Assembly (NCBI GenBank): GCA_963787035.1
Contig: CAWBBN010000009.1
Location: 28,830 to 92,829, forward strand
Reading direction: 5' to 3'
DNA length: 64,000 bases
From: Vicinamibacteria bacterium
GTDB lineage: Bacteria > Acidobacteriota > Vicinamibacteria > Vicinamibacterales > JAENWD01
Every line of letters starts with the position of its first letter. Position 1 is the first letter of the stretch. Both the position numbers and the translations under genes were made by a program. Positions 21,970 through 33,088 of the stretch are shown one piece after another. The notes below the pieces were generated by a model. It had not been told where the DNA came from. It did not search any database and was given only the letters and a program-made list of their open reading frames with translations.

Positions 21970-23051
21970 CAGGGCTTCCACAAATCAATCGGCTTGGCCA
22001 CCTTCTCGTGAATCGGGAGCGGCACTTTCGCTCCCGATCGCGCGGAGGCGTACGCCGCGTAGATGATCTCCAGCACCGCGCGGCCGTCCTCGCCGGTCAC
22101 GAGCGGCGTCTTGTCGTTCCGCACGCAGTCGATGAAGTGATGCAGCTCGTGCGGGTAGCCCTGGTTGAAGGCCTCCTCGAAGACCGTGAACGTCCAGCCC
22201 GCGGTTGAACCGGCTTTCTCCGCCGCGTAGTTGTAGCCGTCCTCGCTGTACGTCGACGACGAGTTCCCGCGGAACAGATCGGCGAACGTCACGCCCTTCG
22301 TGCCGTAGACCTCGACCCGATCGTCCATGCCGCCAGGCTTGGCCCAGCCGTCCTCGGCCAGGCCGATGACGCCACCCTCGAACTCGACGACGACGATCGA
22401 GTTGTCTTCGCCCTTCGTGCGCGCCTTGTGCCGCACGGTGTCCATCGTCGCCCACACGCTCTTGACCGTCGGGTTGCCGCCGAGCATCCACCGGAACCAG
22501 CCGAATGCGTGACACCCCATGTCCATCAGCACGCCGCCGCCCGACTGCTCGACGTCCCAGAACCAGTCGCTGTGCGGGCCCGAGTGCTTCTCGAGCTGCT
22601 TCAGCATGTAGATGTCGCCGACGGCGCCCTCCTTCACGAGCGCGCGGACGCGCTCGTACTTCGGCGCGAAGCACAGCTCCTCGGCGTACATCAGCTTCCG
22701 CCCGTGCTCGCGGCACACGGCGATCATCTCGTCGGCCTCTTCGAGCGTCATGCAGAGCGGCTTCTCGATGATGACGTGGCGTCCCGAGCGCGCGGCGGCG
22801 AGCGTGGCGCGGTGATGCAGGAAGTTCGGCAGGCAGATGTCGATGACGTCGCAGTCGGCTTCGCGGATCAGCGTGTCGAGATCGCTGAACCATCGCGGGA
22901 TCTTCCAGTGCGTCGCAAACGCCTCGGCCCGCGCGGCGCTGCGCGAGAAGACGGCCGTCACCTGCGCATCGGGCACGAAGCGGGTGTAGGACTCGAGGTG
23001 GATGTCGGCGATGAAACCGGCGCCGAGGATGGCGACTTTGGTCGGGGCCAC
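21969..23051 (-). CDS. Gfo/Idh/MocA family oxidoreductase
   Basis: Intact: ILGAGFIA, HVIIEKP, GGGVLMDMGCH. Confidence 0.92.
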   Translation of the reverse strand: MAPTKVAILGAGFIADIHLESYTRFVPDAQVTAVFSRSAARAEAFATHWKIPRWFSDLDTLIREADCDVIDICLPNFLHHRATLAAARSGRHVIIEKPLCMTLEEADEMIAVCREHGRKLMYAEELCFAPKYERVRALVKEGAVGDIYMLKQLEKHSGPHSDWFWDVEQSGGGVLMDMGCHAFGWFRWMLGGNPTVKSVWATMDTVRHKARTKGEDNSIVVVEFEGGVIGLAEDGWAKPGGMDDRVEVYGTKGVTFADLFRGNSSSTYSEDGYNYAAEKAGSTAGWTFTVFEEAFNQGYPHELHHFIDCVRNDKTPLVTGEDGRAVLEIIYAAYASARSGAKVPLPIHEKVAKPIDLWKP

Positions 23052-23065
23052 GAGTTTCTCCACTG

Positions 23066-23147
23066 GCAGGGCTGAAGCCCTGCCCCACAGCAGGCCTGAA
23101 GGCCTGCGCTACATTCGAGACGGCAGGCCTGTAAGGCCTGCGCTCCA
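23066..23147. repeat. Three tandem REP-like palindromes
   Basis: GCAGGGCTGAAGCCCTGCCCCACA, GCAGGCCTGAAGGCCTGCGCTACA, GCAGGCCTGTAAGGCCTGCGCTCCA. Confidence 0.9.
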
Positions 23148-23154
23148 TTCGAAA

Positions 23155-23599
23155 TCAGCGACCCGGTCGGCCGGCGACCGTGCAGTCGAGCGCGGTCAGC
23201 GGGCCGTTGGTGTTCATGCGATCGACGGCCGGATCGAGGTCTGGCTCGATGTTCACTTCGAGTCCGTGGTCCACGTAGACATCCAGCCGCGCGTGGTCGC
23301 TCGCGACGTCGAGGCGTGACCTGTCGACCGCCGTTGGCGTTCTTATAGCGCACCGACGCCGCGCCGTCAGCAATGGCCGGCGCCGCGCCTGGCAGGGCGA
23401 GGCGAATCCACTTCGCGCCGGACTCGCGATCCTGCATCGACAGCCGCCAGGTGTTCGGCCCGGCAGCGGCCTGCTCCAGCACGAACGTCCGGCCCTGCGC
23501 GTCGTCGCGCACATGGCATGTCACCGAGGGCGAATCGCCGGGCGCGCCGCCAACGAGGAGTCCGCGCCAGCACGGCCGCCTGCAGCAACATTCCGACAT
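23155..23599 (-). CDS. Hypothetical exported protein; frame changes
   Basis: Hydrophobic N-terminus, then SVTCHVRDD..NANGGRQV joined to LDVYVDHGLEVNIEPDLDP..LDCTV; no family recognised. Confidence 0.5.
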
Positions 23600-23674
23600 C
23601 CTGCCACAGTCCCTTGCCCGCTCGTCACCGCGATGCTACAGTCCGTACCGCCAACGCCTCGATATGACCCTCTC

Positions 23675-25544
23675 ATGCGCCTTCGTCCCGCTCAGCTCGC
23701 CGCCACCGTCGTCCTAGCCCTCACCGCGTCCGTTCAGGGGCAGCAGCCCACGTTCCGCAGCGGTGTCGACCTCATCCGGCTCGACGTCCAGGTGGTGTCC
23801 GACGACGGAACACCGGTGGCGGACCTGACGGAGGACGACTTCGACATCCGCGTCAACGGGAAGCCGTGCCCGATTCGTACGCTGAGATTCCTCGATCTGA
23901 CGGCGACCGAGAGGCCGTCGATCGAGTTGACTCCGGCGGACGTCTCGACGAATGCCGGCTCGATGCGGGGCCGGCTCACGGTGATTGTCCTCGACGAGAA
24001 CAGCCTGCCGGAAGACTCGCGGCCGTTGATGAACGGGCTGTCGGACTACATCAAGAATCTCGGTCCCGACGACAGGACGGCGCTGGTCGCCCTGCCGCGC
24101 CCTGGCGTCTGGATCGATTTCACGAACGACGGCGGTGAACTTCGGGGAGTGTTGCTCCGTTCGTCGACGCGCGCCACCAACGACATCGCCCCGCCGCTGC
24201 CGCTCCAGACGACCAACGTCAACGGCGATGGCACGGTGACGTCGGCGTTCGGCTCCGTTCAGACCGATCGCGGCGAGACCGCGGCCGATCTCTTTCCAAG
24301 GGGCGGCGTCACCGATCCGAACCGCGACATCTTCTACGCCCTCAACGAGCTCGCGCGGCGGCTCAAGAGCGTCGAAGGGCCGAAGACGATGATCCTGGTC
24401 AGCTCGAAGCTGCCGGACTCGATCGGCCTCGACGACTACCACGCGTTCGCGCAGAGCGCGGCGGAAGCACACCTGACCGTGTACGTGCTGAAGCCGGCCG
24501 ATCTTCAACGCCTCGGCCAGCGGCGACACGAGCGCGCTCGAGGCGCAGTTCCAGCCGCAGAACGGCCTCGACTTCCTCGCCGGCATGACCGGCGGCGTCG
24601 TCCTGAACGCGATTGGCGGAGCGCGTGGCGTCCTCGACCGCATCGCGCGAGAAACGAGCGCCTCGTACGTCATCGGCGTCGAGCCGCCGCCCGGCGCGCC
24701 GCGCAACAAGCCGCTGGCGGTCACGGTGAAGGTCAAGCGGCCCGGATTCACGACGCGGAGTCCGAAACAGGTCGCGACGGCAGCCTCTGGCTCGAGGAAG
24801 CTCGCGGGGACGCCGAAGGAGGCGCTCGGCAGTCTTCTGCACGACCCCCGCCTCGCGACGGATCTGCCGCTGCGCGTGACGTCGTACACGGCGCAGGGCG
24901 TGGACTTCGATCGCGTCAAGACGCTGATCGTCGCGGAGCTCGACTCGCCGGGCAGCAGCGAGGCGGTCTGGGGCTTCGAGGTACACGACGGCCCGCGCGT
25001 GATCTCCGACGCGTTCGACAAGGTGACGCTGAAGACGCTCGCCGGCGAGCCGGTCGTGACGTCGGCAAGTCTGCCGCCCGGGAAGTACACGATGCGCTTC
25101 GGCATGGTGGACGATCAGGGCCGGCGCGCCAGCGTCGATCGTCCGCTCACGCTCGGCCTGCATCTGGCCAGCGCCGGCGATCTGGAGTTCAGCGACGTCT
25201 TCGCCGGCGTCGCGACGGGCGGGCACTTCAAGCCGCGCATCACCGTCGACCCCGCCGCCGGTCAGGTCGTCGCGCTGCTCGAAGTCTACGGCGCGTCGAA
25301 AGAGGCGCTCGACAACGTCGCCGTCGAGTTCGCGCTGCACGGCGAGGACGGCGCGAACCGCGCCGCGACGCGCGCACGCGTGCAGCCGGCCGCCAACAGC
25401 GGCGTGCCAAAAGGCGTCGCGCAAGGCGCGCTGCAGCTCGGTCACGCCGGTCCGGGACGATACACCGTGACGGCCGCTCTGCTCGTCAACGGCAAGCCGG
25501 CGGGGTTCACGAAGCGGGAACTGGTGGTCGGTCCGGCGCACTGA
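23675..25544 (+). CDS. Acidobacterial VWA-domain protein, copy 1; frame change near 24500
   Basis: Signal peptide, QQPTFRSGVDLIRLDVQVV..G.PV.DL...DF, VEGPKTMILVS, LAGMTGG, SYVIGVEP. Confidence 0.85.
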
Positions 25545-25546
25545 CC

Positions 25547-27391
25547 ATGCGCCCGTCGTCTCGCCTCGTCACCGTCGCCTGGCTGTTCAGCCTCGCGGCG
25601 CTGGCCGCGCAGGGCCCCACGTTCCACGGCAGCATCAACCTTCTCCGTCTCGACGTCACGGTCGTCACCGACGACGGGACGCCGGTGACGGATCTCAAGC
25701 CCGAGGAATTCGTCGTCACCGTCGACGGGCGTCCGAGGCCGGTGCGCTCGGCGGAGTTCGTCGACCTGCGCTCGTCCGGCGGCGACAGCACAACGGATAC
25801 GCGAGATCCGGCGCGGAGCTTCTCCACCAACTCAGCCGCAGGGCACCGGACGCATCACGGTGCTGGCCGTCGACGAGGCAGACCCTTTACGAGGGCCAGG
25901 AAATGGCTCTGCTCGACTACCTCGGGCGGTTCCTGGACGTGATGGGTCCGGCCGATCGCACCGGGACTGCTGGTGCTGCCTCACCCAAGCGGCAAGGGCC
26001 GGCACGTCGAGATGACCAGCGACGTCACCGAAATCCGCGAGGTGCTCTCGCGCGTCCACGCCTGACCCGCGCGGACTCCCGGACCTCAGTCCGTCCGCAA
26101 GCATCGGCGCAAACACGTTCATCCGCACAGACCCCTTCACGAATACCGCTCGAAGAAGACGTGATGAGCATCGTCCGCAACGAGCTCACGAATCTCGCGA
26201 GGTGCTGGCGAACGTCGAGGGCCCGAAGACGCTGGTCCTCGTGTCTCGGGACGTGCCGGGCGGTGCGGCGAATATGCCTGACCTCCAGGCCTTCGCCGAG
26301 AAGGCTGCCCGCGCGCGGATCAAGTCTGTACGTCGTCCGCCAGATCCCGGTCCCAGGCGTTCGGCGGACGGGGCGCCCGGCGACGGCAGGACCGGCGAAG
26401 GGCTGTTCGATCTCGCAGGCCTGACTGGCGGTGTGGTGCTCGACGCCGTCGGCCGCGGCAAGGGCGCGTTCGATCGCATCGCGCGCGAGACGAGCGGTTC
26501 TTACCTGATCGGCGTCGAGCCTGATCAGTCCGCGCCGTTCAGCAAGCCGCTCAAGGTCAGCGTGAAAGTGACGCGGCCTGGCCTCACCGTGCGCAGCCCG
26601 AAACAGATCGTCCCGCCGCTTACGCGAAAGACACCCGACGCCAGGCAGAACTCGGGACGATGATGATGCAGCCGCGACTGTCGACGGAGATCCCGATGCG
26701 CATCGCGGCGTTCACGGCGCGCTCGGGCGAGAAGAACAAGCTGAAGTCGGTGCTCGTCGTCGAGATGGAGAACGCGGAGAGCCCGATCGCGTGGGGCTTC
26801 CAGGCGCGGCAGGACAACAAGGTGCGCGCGGACGCATTCGAACCGGCGGCCCCGGGCGAACTGGTCACCGAGAACCTGCGCAGCGTCTCGACGTCGGCGG
26901 TGCTTTCGCCAGGACAATACCGGTTGATCTTCGGCGCAATTGGCGCCGACGGCCGGCGCGGCACGGTGCAGCATCCGCTGGACGTCACGTTGCACAAGGC
27001 CGGCGATCTCGAGTTCAGCGACGTCTTCGTCGGCGCGGCGGTCGGCGGGCACTTCCGCCCGCGGATTGTCTTCGGCCCGGACAATCGCTCGCTCGCGGCG
27101 TTCGTGGAGCTCTATCCGGCGCCGAGGACCAGCCTGGCGCGGCTCAAGACCACGTTCACGCTGACGTGCGAAAGCTCCGCCGGCGGCAGCGCGGCGCCCT
27201 TCGTCACGCGCGGCAACGGACGGCTCTCGCCCGCGGCCGACAAGGTCAGGGCCGAGGTCGCGATCGAGCTTCCGGCCGAGGCACACGGCAACTGCACGAT
27301 GGCCGCCTCGGTCGAGAACGGCAGCGCGAGCGGAACCGCCGAACGCGGGATCGTGATTGCGGCCGAGGCCGGGCCTGCTATCCTGCCGTAA
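25547..27391 (+). CDS. Acidobacterial VWA-domain protein, copy 2; several frame changes
   Basis: PTFHGSINLLRLDVTVV, VEGPKTLVLVS, LAGLTGG, SYLIGVEP, AGDLEFSDVF shared with copy 1. Confidence 0.8.
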
Positions 27392-27894
27392 TGAGGTACG
27401 CGGGAAGCATCGCGATCGCACTGCTCGTCATCGTGGCTGCGCCGGTGCGCGCGCAGCTGGGACTCAAGGCGCCGCAACGGCTGTCCGTCGCGGCAGACGC
27501 CCCGGCGAAACCGGTGGCCGCCGGAGAACGCTTCGCGCTCTCGGTGCGCATCGTCCCCAACCCGGGCATTCACGTCTACGCGCCCGGCAATCCCGAAAAC
27601 ATTCCGGTGTCCGTCACGGTGACGCCGCAGGCGGGCCTGACGGCCGACGCGCCGAAGTTTCCCAAGGCCGAGGATTTCTTCTTCGGTCCGACGGCCGAGA
27701 ACCTGAAGGTCTACACGAAGCCGTTCGTCGTGACGGTGTCGATGAAGGTGGATGGCGCCGCGGCCGGCAAGTCAGCGCGCGAGGTGACCGTGGCCGGCGC
27801 GGTCCGCTATCAGGCGTGCGACGATCGCATCTGCTTCCCGCCGCAGTCAGCGCCCTTCGAGGCGCGCGTGGCTCTGGCTGGCGAGCGGCGCTGA
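27391..27894 (+). CDS. Stand-alone DsbD N-terminal (Ig-like) disulfide-interchange domain protein
   Basis: Signal peptide, PGIHVYAP, YQACDDRICFPP; TAATG overlap with VWA copy 2. Confidence 0.85.
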   Translation: MRYAGSIAIALLVIVAAPVRAQLGLKAPQRLSVAADAPAKPVAAGERFALSVRIVPNPGIHVYAPGNPENIPVSVTVTPQAGLTADAPKFPKAEDFFFGPTAENLKVYTKPFVVTVSMKVDGAAAGKSAREVTVAGAVRYQACDDRICFPPQSAPFEARVALAGERR

Positions 27895-28633
27895 GGCGGC
27901 GCCGACGATCGCGCCGTCCTTGCGCGACTGCAGGAACGTCACGACGCGCATGTGATCGGCGGTCCAGCCGCTCTTCAGGGTGATCGTCGAGTCGAACCCG
28001 TTCGAGGCCGCGCCGCGTTTCGTGCGGCCCGCGGTCGAGAGCACGCGCGTCACGCCCGTGTGATCGATGCGGCGCCCCTTGTTCTCTCCGCCCGTCACGG
28101 CCGTGCTCAGTGCGTCCTCCGTCAACGCGACCACCACGTCTGCGTCCGGCGTCGCGTCGGTTGCCGTCACGTCGACGTGCACCGCGAGACGCGAGCCGTC
28201 CAGCCGCGCGCTGACGGTCATCGCGGTCTTCGGCGCGTGCGTGGCGTCGCGAAGCGCCGCGACCGCCGCGTCACGATCGCTCCCGATGAACTGCCGGCGC
28301 CCGTCCACGACCATCTGGGGCGTGTAGACCTCGGAGGCGAGTCGCTGCGCGTACTGCTGCTGCCGCTCGGTGAAGGACGCCGACGAGAACGGATCCGTCC
28401 AGCCCTCGCGGTTCCAGTAGTCGACGTGCTCGCTGAGCACGATCACGCCATGGATTGCGGCCAGCTCCTTCAGGAAGGCGTCAGCCGGCGGACAGCTCGA
28501 GCAGCCTTCGGAGGTGAACAACTCCACCACGACCGGCGGCTCGTCCGCCGCAGAGGCCGCGGCCGCAGGTGAGCCGAAGGCCTCGAGAGCCAGAAGACCG
28601 ATCAGCGCCGAGCAGAGAGAAACGTCGAGACAT
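27847..28633 (-). CDS. DUF1223 thioredoxin-like exported protein; frame change in the signal peptide
   Basis: VVELFTSEGCSSCPPAD, HVDYWN..GW.DPFS, YTPQMVVDG, GENKGR. Confidence 0.9.
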
Positions 28634-28669
28634 GGTGAGCCTGACCACAATGCTACACACCGCATGGCG

Positions 28670-28685
28670 CTGGCCCTAGGGCCAG
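28670..28685. promoter_or_regulatory. Perfect 16-bp palindrome CTGGCCCTAGGGCCAG, possible operator
   Basis: Lies between divergent DUF1223 and APC permease genes; function unproven. Confidence 0.35.
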
Positions 28686-28735
28686 TTTCGCCGACCGCAG
28701 CGCGTCGGAGTCGTGCCAGCCTGCTGCTGCACCTT

Positions 28736-28789
28736 GCAGGCCTGAAGGCCTGCCCCACAGGTTCAGCAGGCCTGAAGGCCTGCGCTACA
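28736..28789. repeat. Two tandem REP-like palindromes
   Basis: GCAGGCCTGAAGGCCTGCCCCACA and GCAGGCCTGAAGGCCTGCGCTACA. Confidence 0.9.
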
Positions 28790-28800
28790 GGTGCGGCAGT

Positions 28801-28858
28801 CCCTGCAGCCCCTGCACCCTGCATTCTGCACTTCTCTCATTCTTCATTCTTGCATTCG
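28801..28858. repeat. Degenerate 7-8 bp tandem repeat (CCTGCA grading into TTCT.CA)
   Basis: CCCTGCAG CCCCTGCA CCCTGCA TTCTGCA CTTCTCTCA TTCTTCA TTCTTGCA TTC. Confidence 0.7.
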
Positions 28859-28873
28859 TTGTAGTCTCTCCCC

Positions 28874-30215
28874 GTGACCTCGCCTCCGACCCTCGAGCGC
28901 CGCCTCGGGCTGCTGCCCGCGACGGCGCTGAACATGTCGAACATGATCGGAGTCGGGCCGTTCATCACGATCCCGCTCCTGATGTCGGCGCTCGGCGGTC
29001 CGCAGGCGCTGGCGGGCTGGCTCGTCGCGCTGGTGATCGTCGCGGCCGACGGCCTGGTCTGGAGCGAGCTCGGCGCGATGTACCCGGGCTCCGGCGGCAC
29101 GTATCGCTACCTGCGAGAGGGCCTCGGCGCGACGTACGCCGGGCGCCTCCTGTCCTTCCTGTTCATCTGGCAGTTCCTGCTCAGCGGACCCCTCGAAATC
29201 GCGTCGGGCTACATCGGGTTCGCGAACTACTCGAGGTACCTCTGGCCCGGACTGCCTGCCGGCGGGTCGATTGGCATCGCGGTGGTGATCGGTCTTCTGA
29301 ACATCGCGCTGCTCTACCGCCGCATCGAATCGGTCGGACGGCTGACCGTGGTGCTGTGGGTCGGCACGATGGCGACGACGCTCGCGGTGATCGCGACCGG
29401 CGCCGTCCACTTCGATCCCGCGAAGGCGTTCGACATCGACCCGGGCGCCTTCAAGTTCTCGACGGGCCTCCTCATCGGCCTCGGCGCGGCCACGCGCATC
29501 GGCATCTACGACTACCTCGGGTACTACGACATCTGCTATCTGGGTGACGAGGTCCGGGATCCGGGCCGCGTCATCCCGCGTTCGGTGCTCCTGAGCGTCG
29601 GCGCGGTCGCGCTGCTCTACATCGCGATCAACCTGTCGGTGATCGGCACGGTCTCGTGGCGCACGTTCGTGCCGGCGTCGGCGCATCCCGAGTCCGATTT
29701 CATCATCTCGATCGTGATGGAGCGCATCTACGGGCGGCCGGTGGCGATGGTCTTCACGGCGTTCGTGCTGTGGACGGCGTTCGGATCGGTCTTCGCGCTG
29801 CTGCTCGGCTACTCGCGGATTCCGTATGCGGCGGCACTCGACGGCACGTTCTTCCGCGCGTTCGCACGGCTCCATCCGACGAAAGCCTTCCCGCACGTCT
29901 CGCTGCTCGTGATGGGCGTCGTCGCCATCCTGGCGAGCGCGCTGTCGCTGGGCACGGTGATCGACGCGCTGGTGACGACGAGAATCCTGGTGCAGTTCAT
30001 CGGGCAGACGGTGGTGCTCGTCTACCTGCGGCGCACGAAGCCCGACGTGCCGCGGCCGTTCCGGATGTGGCTGTACCCATGGCCGGCCGTCATCGCGATC
30101 GGCGGGCTGGACGTTCGTCTACGCGACGTCCGGGTTCGAGCTGCTCGCCTTCGGCGCCGCGCTGCTCGTCGCCGGCGTCGTCGTGTTCGAGGTGTGGTCG
30201 AGAACGCGCACGTGA
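28874..30215 (+). CDS. APC family amino acid/polyamine permease; frame change near 30105
   Basis: NMIGVGPF, WSELGAMYPGSGGTY.YL, GDEVRDPGRVIPRS, SRIPYAAA, RPFRMWLYP. Confidence 0.92.
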
Positions 30216-31181
30216 CGGCCGTCGCGCGCCGACTGCAGCAGGGCCGCGAGCGTCGCGACCGAGGCGCGGCTCTCGCCGAGCGAGACGCGGCACGGCGCGC
30301 CGTCGAGCGCCGCGCGCTCGATGTCCGCGATCTCGCCTGAATAGAGCGCCCCGCCGTCGACGGCGATCGACGGTCTCGTGTCCCTCGCGCTGCAGGCGCA
30401 GCGTCTCGCGCGGGCCCGGCTTGAACGGGTTGTCGACGTGCAGCACGCCGTCGGTCCCGACGATCTCCATGCCGGTCCGGAACGCCGAGGCGAACCCGCA
30501 ATCGAACGCGCCGAGCATGCCGTCAGCAAACTCCAGCACACCGGCAAACGTGAGATCGATGCCGGTTGGCCCGTACTCCGCTCGACCGGAGACCGTCGCG
30601 GGCGCTCCGCCGGCCAGCAGCATCGCGTACGTCACCGGATAGCAGCCGACGTCCCAGAGCGCGCCGCCACCCCACTCGGGCGTCAGGCGCACGTCTCCTT
30701 CACGCGTCAGCGGGAACGAGAACGAGCCGCGCACGAAGCGCAGGCGGCCAATCGCGCCTTCAGCCACGAGAGCCAGAACGCGATCGGTCTGTGCCTGATG
30801 GCGATACATGAACGCCTCGGCGATCGCCACCTTGTGCGCGCGCGCCGCTTCCGCGATGCGATCGACGCCGGCCGCGTCGAGCGCCAGCGGCTTCTCGCAC
30901 AGCACGTGCTTGCCCGCCCGGGCGGCCGCGACCGTCCACTCGACGTGCAGGTGATTCGGGAGCGGCACGTAGACGGCGTCGATGCCCGGATCGGCGACGA
31001 GCGCTTCGTAGCTGCCGAAGGCGCGCGGGATCTTCCACTCGCGCGCATAGTCGTCGGCGCGCGCCTGATCGCGGCTGGCGACGGCGACAAGGGTGCTGCG
31101 CTCGCCGGCACGAATGGCCGGAATGAGCGAGCGGTTGATTCGGGCGGTCCCGAGCAATCCCCAGCGCAGCGACGTCGGCAT
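30119..31181 (-). CDS. Gfo/Idh/MocA oxidoreductase (D-xylose dehydrogenase-like); frame change near 30370
   Basis: LRWGLLGTARI, VYVPLPNHLH, KHVLCEKP, EAFMYRH, GGGALWDVGCY. Confidence 0.9.
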
Positions 31182-31187
31182 GGCAGC

Positions 31188-31771
31188 TCAGCTCACGGTC
31201 AGGGCGAGCGCGACGACCTGCTCGGCCGGCAGGCTCGACGTGAGGACGTCCACGCGCGAGCCGTCCTGCCAGAAGACGAGGGCGTTTGTGGCCTTGCGAT
31301 GAACGAAGTAGCGGCGCCCGTGCTGCTCGCGCACGTCGTTCGTATCGGGCAGGTCTGCCGTGGTTCCCACGAACTGATGCCAGACGACGAGATCCTGAAG
31401 TGCCGTTGCGGTAAATCGCGACGATGCCGGGGCGTCCCACGAGCGGGATGCACGGAGCCGCCCTCGAGCACGAACCCGGCCGCGGACAGATCGGGAACGC
31501 CGACGTCGAGCCCCGGCTGACGTCGCGCCAGCGCGGCCTGCAACGCGCGCGCGTCCGTCTGGCGTTCTTCCGCGACGAGCACGCTGCCGGCGACCTTCGT
31601 GTAGTCGAGCGAGACGATCGCGGGAATCTGCGGCGTGCGCACCATCGTGTAGACGAGGATCGCGATCGCCATCGCCCCGAAGATCGCCATGCCCACGAAG
31701 AGCCCGGGCGCATTGAGCGGACGCTTCTCGTGCAGCTCCGGCGCCGCGCTCCCCTGCGCGTCAGTTGTCAT
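31188..31771 (-). CDS. Single-TM membrane protein resembling the extracytoplasmic part of anti-sigma factors; frame changes near 31400-31450
   Basis: TM GLFVGMAIFGAMAIAILVY, VPDLSAAGFVLEGG, LVFWQDG..VLTSSLP. Confidence 0.55.
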
Positions 31772-31792
31772 TGGGGCGAATTGTACGTCGTC

Positions 31793-31885
31793 GCCGTGAG
31801 CGAAGCGAACGGCCCCGCCGCGCGAAGCGCGGCCCTGCCGCGAGCGAAGCGAGCGGCCCTCGCCGGCGAAGCGAAGTGAGCCGGC
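31793..31885. repeat. Array of four GCGAAGC-capped hairpins
   Basis: GCCGTGAGCGAAGCGAACGGC, GCCGCGCGAAGCGCGGC, GCCGCGAGCGAAGCGAGCGGC, GCCGGCGAAGCGAAGTGAGCCGGC separated by 3-4 nt pyrimidine spacers. Confidence 0.8.
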
Positions 31886-31890
31886 CCTGT

Positions 31891-32957
31891 TCAGCGCCGC
31901 GTGATCGTCTGGGAGATCGCCTGCGAACGGCTCCCGAGAAATCCATGGGAGCCGTGGAACTCGGCGGCGATCTGATGATCGCCGATGGCGAGATCGAGCG
32001 TCGCGAGGACGGCCGTCACGCTCGGGCCAGGCCCGTGCACGCGCCGCCGTGCCGATGGCGCGATCGCCATCGAAGAACACGACGACGCCGGTCGGGACGC
32101 CGCTGCCGTCCGCCGTGACGGTTGCCGTGAAGCGCACCGACGTGCCCACCGCCGACGCCGAGTGCGACGACGCCAGCGTGGTCGACGTGCCCGTGGATGC
32201 GGCCTCGACAGCAGGTTGAGTGACGGGCTCGGACACCGGAGGTGGCGACGCGGCTTCCTGCGTCGGCGTATCGGTGCCGCCGCCTGACGGCTCCGGCGAT
32301 CGCCTCGCTGACGAACCCGACGGCGACGCCGTGGCAGCCTCGGCTTCACCGCCGCTGGCCTGCGAGGCAGGCTTCCGCCCGCGCGACGACGACTCCGAGC
32401 CAGATGCGCGAGACGCTGGCGCGGACGGCGACTCCGGCTCGGCCCGTGGCGACACCGCGCCGCCCGAAGGCGCGGATGCCGACTGCGGCACCGCCGACGT
32501 TCCCGGTGTTGACGGCGCAGTGGGGCTGCCACCGCCACCGAGCAGCACACGTTGTCCCCAGCCGTGCGCCTCGAACCAATCCGATACCGCCAGCACTGGC
32601 GGCGGCAGTCCGCGTTCGAGCGCGCCGGTCGTCATGTCGCGCGACCCGAACAGCCAGAAGCCGACCAGCACAGTGCCGAACAGGCCCGCGAAGACGGCGG
32701 CCAGCGCCCAGGCCGACACCGACTCGCCTTCCGTCAGCCAGTCGCTGACAGCGCGAATGGAAAATCCAACGAGGATGATCAGGAAAGACGACGCCGAGGA
32801 GATCGATCGCGTACCGCAGCAACGCGACGAGCAGCGTGCACGCCGCCGCCATGCCCAGAACGACGAGCCAGCGCGGCACGTCCTCGGAAGACTGTGTCCG
32901 AGGCAGGCCGGTGTCGAACGGCGGGGGCGCACTGCCCTTATCCTGTTGCAGGACCAT
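31891..32957 (-). CDS. Membrane protein: N-terminal TM helices, Ser/Pro/Ala linker, C-terminal bacterial Ig-like (group 3) domain; frame changes
   Basis: TSTTLASS..VGTSVRFTATVT..PTGVVVFFDG..LAIGDHQIAAEF.G is a typical Big_3 pattern. Confidence 0.7.
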
Positions 32958-33088
32958 TGGTTGAGGTCGGGTAGCGCGCTTCAATCATCCGCTCGGCCAC
33001 CCCAGCCTTTCAAGCCGGACGTCCCATTTCGCCCGTAATTTTGTATCGATTTGGATACGGTCCGCCAGCTGGTAATACGGGAGATCGC

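Noticed and set aside
23066-23147. Repeated 24-mers as a mini CRISPR array
   Set aside because: Spacers are only 0-9 bp, copies are dispersed through the window and no cas genes are present; fits REP elements.
27847-30215. 3'-end overlaps of convergent genes (DsbD-N/DUF1223, APC/Gfo; also GT2/AGE at 11149-11183) as antisense regulation
   Set aside because: Short convergent overlaps are common in high-GC genomes, and the stop positions are uncertain because of indels.
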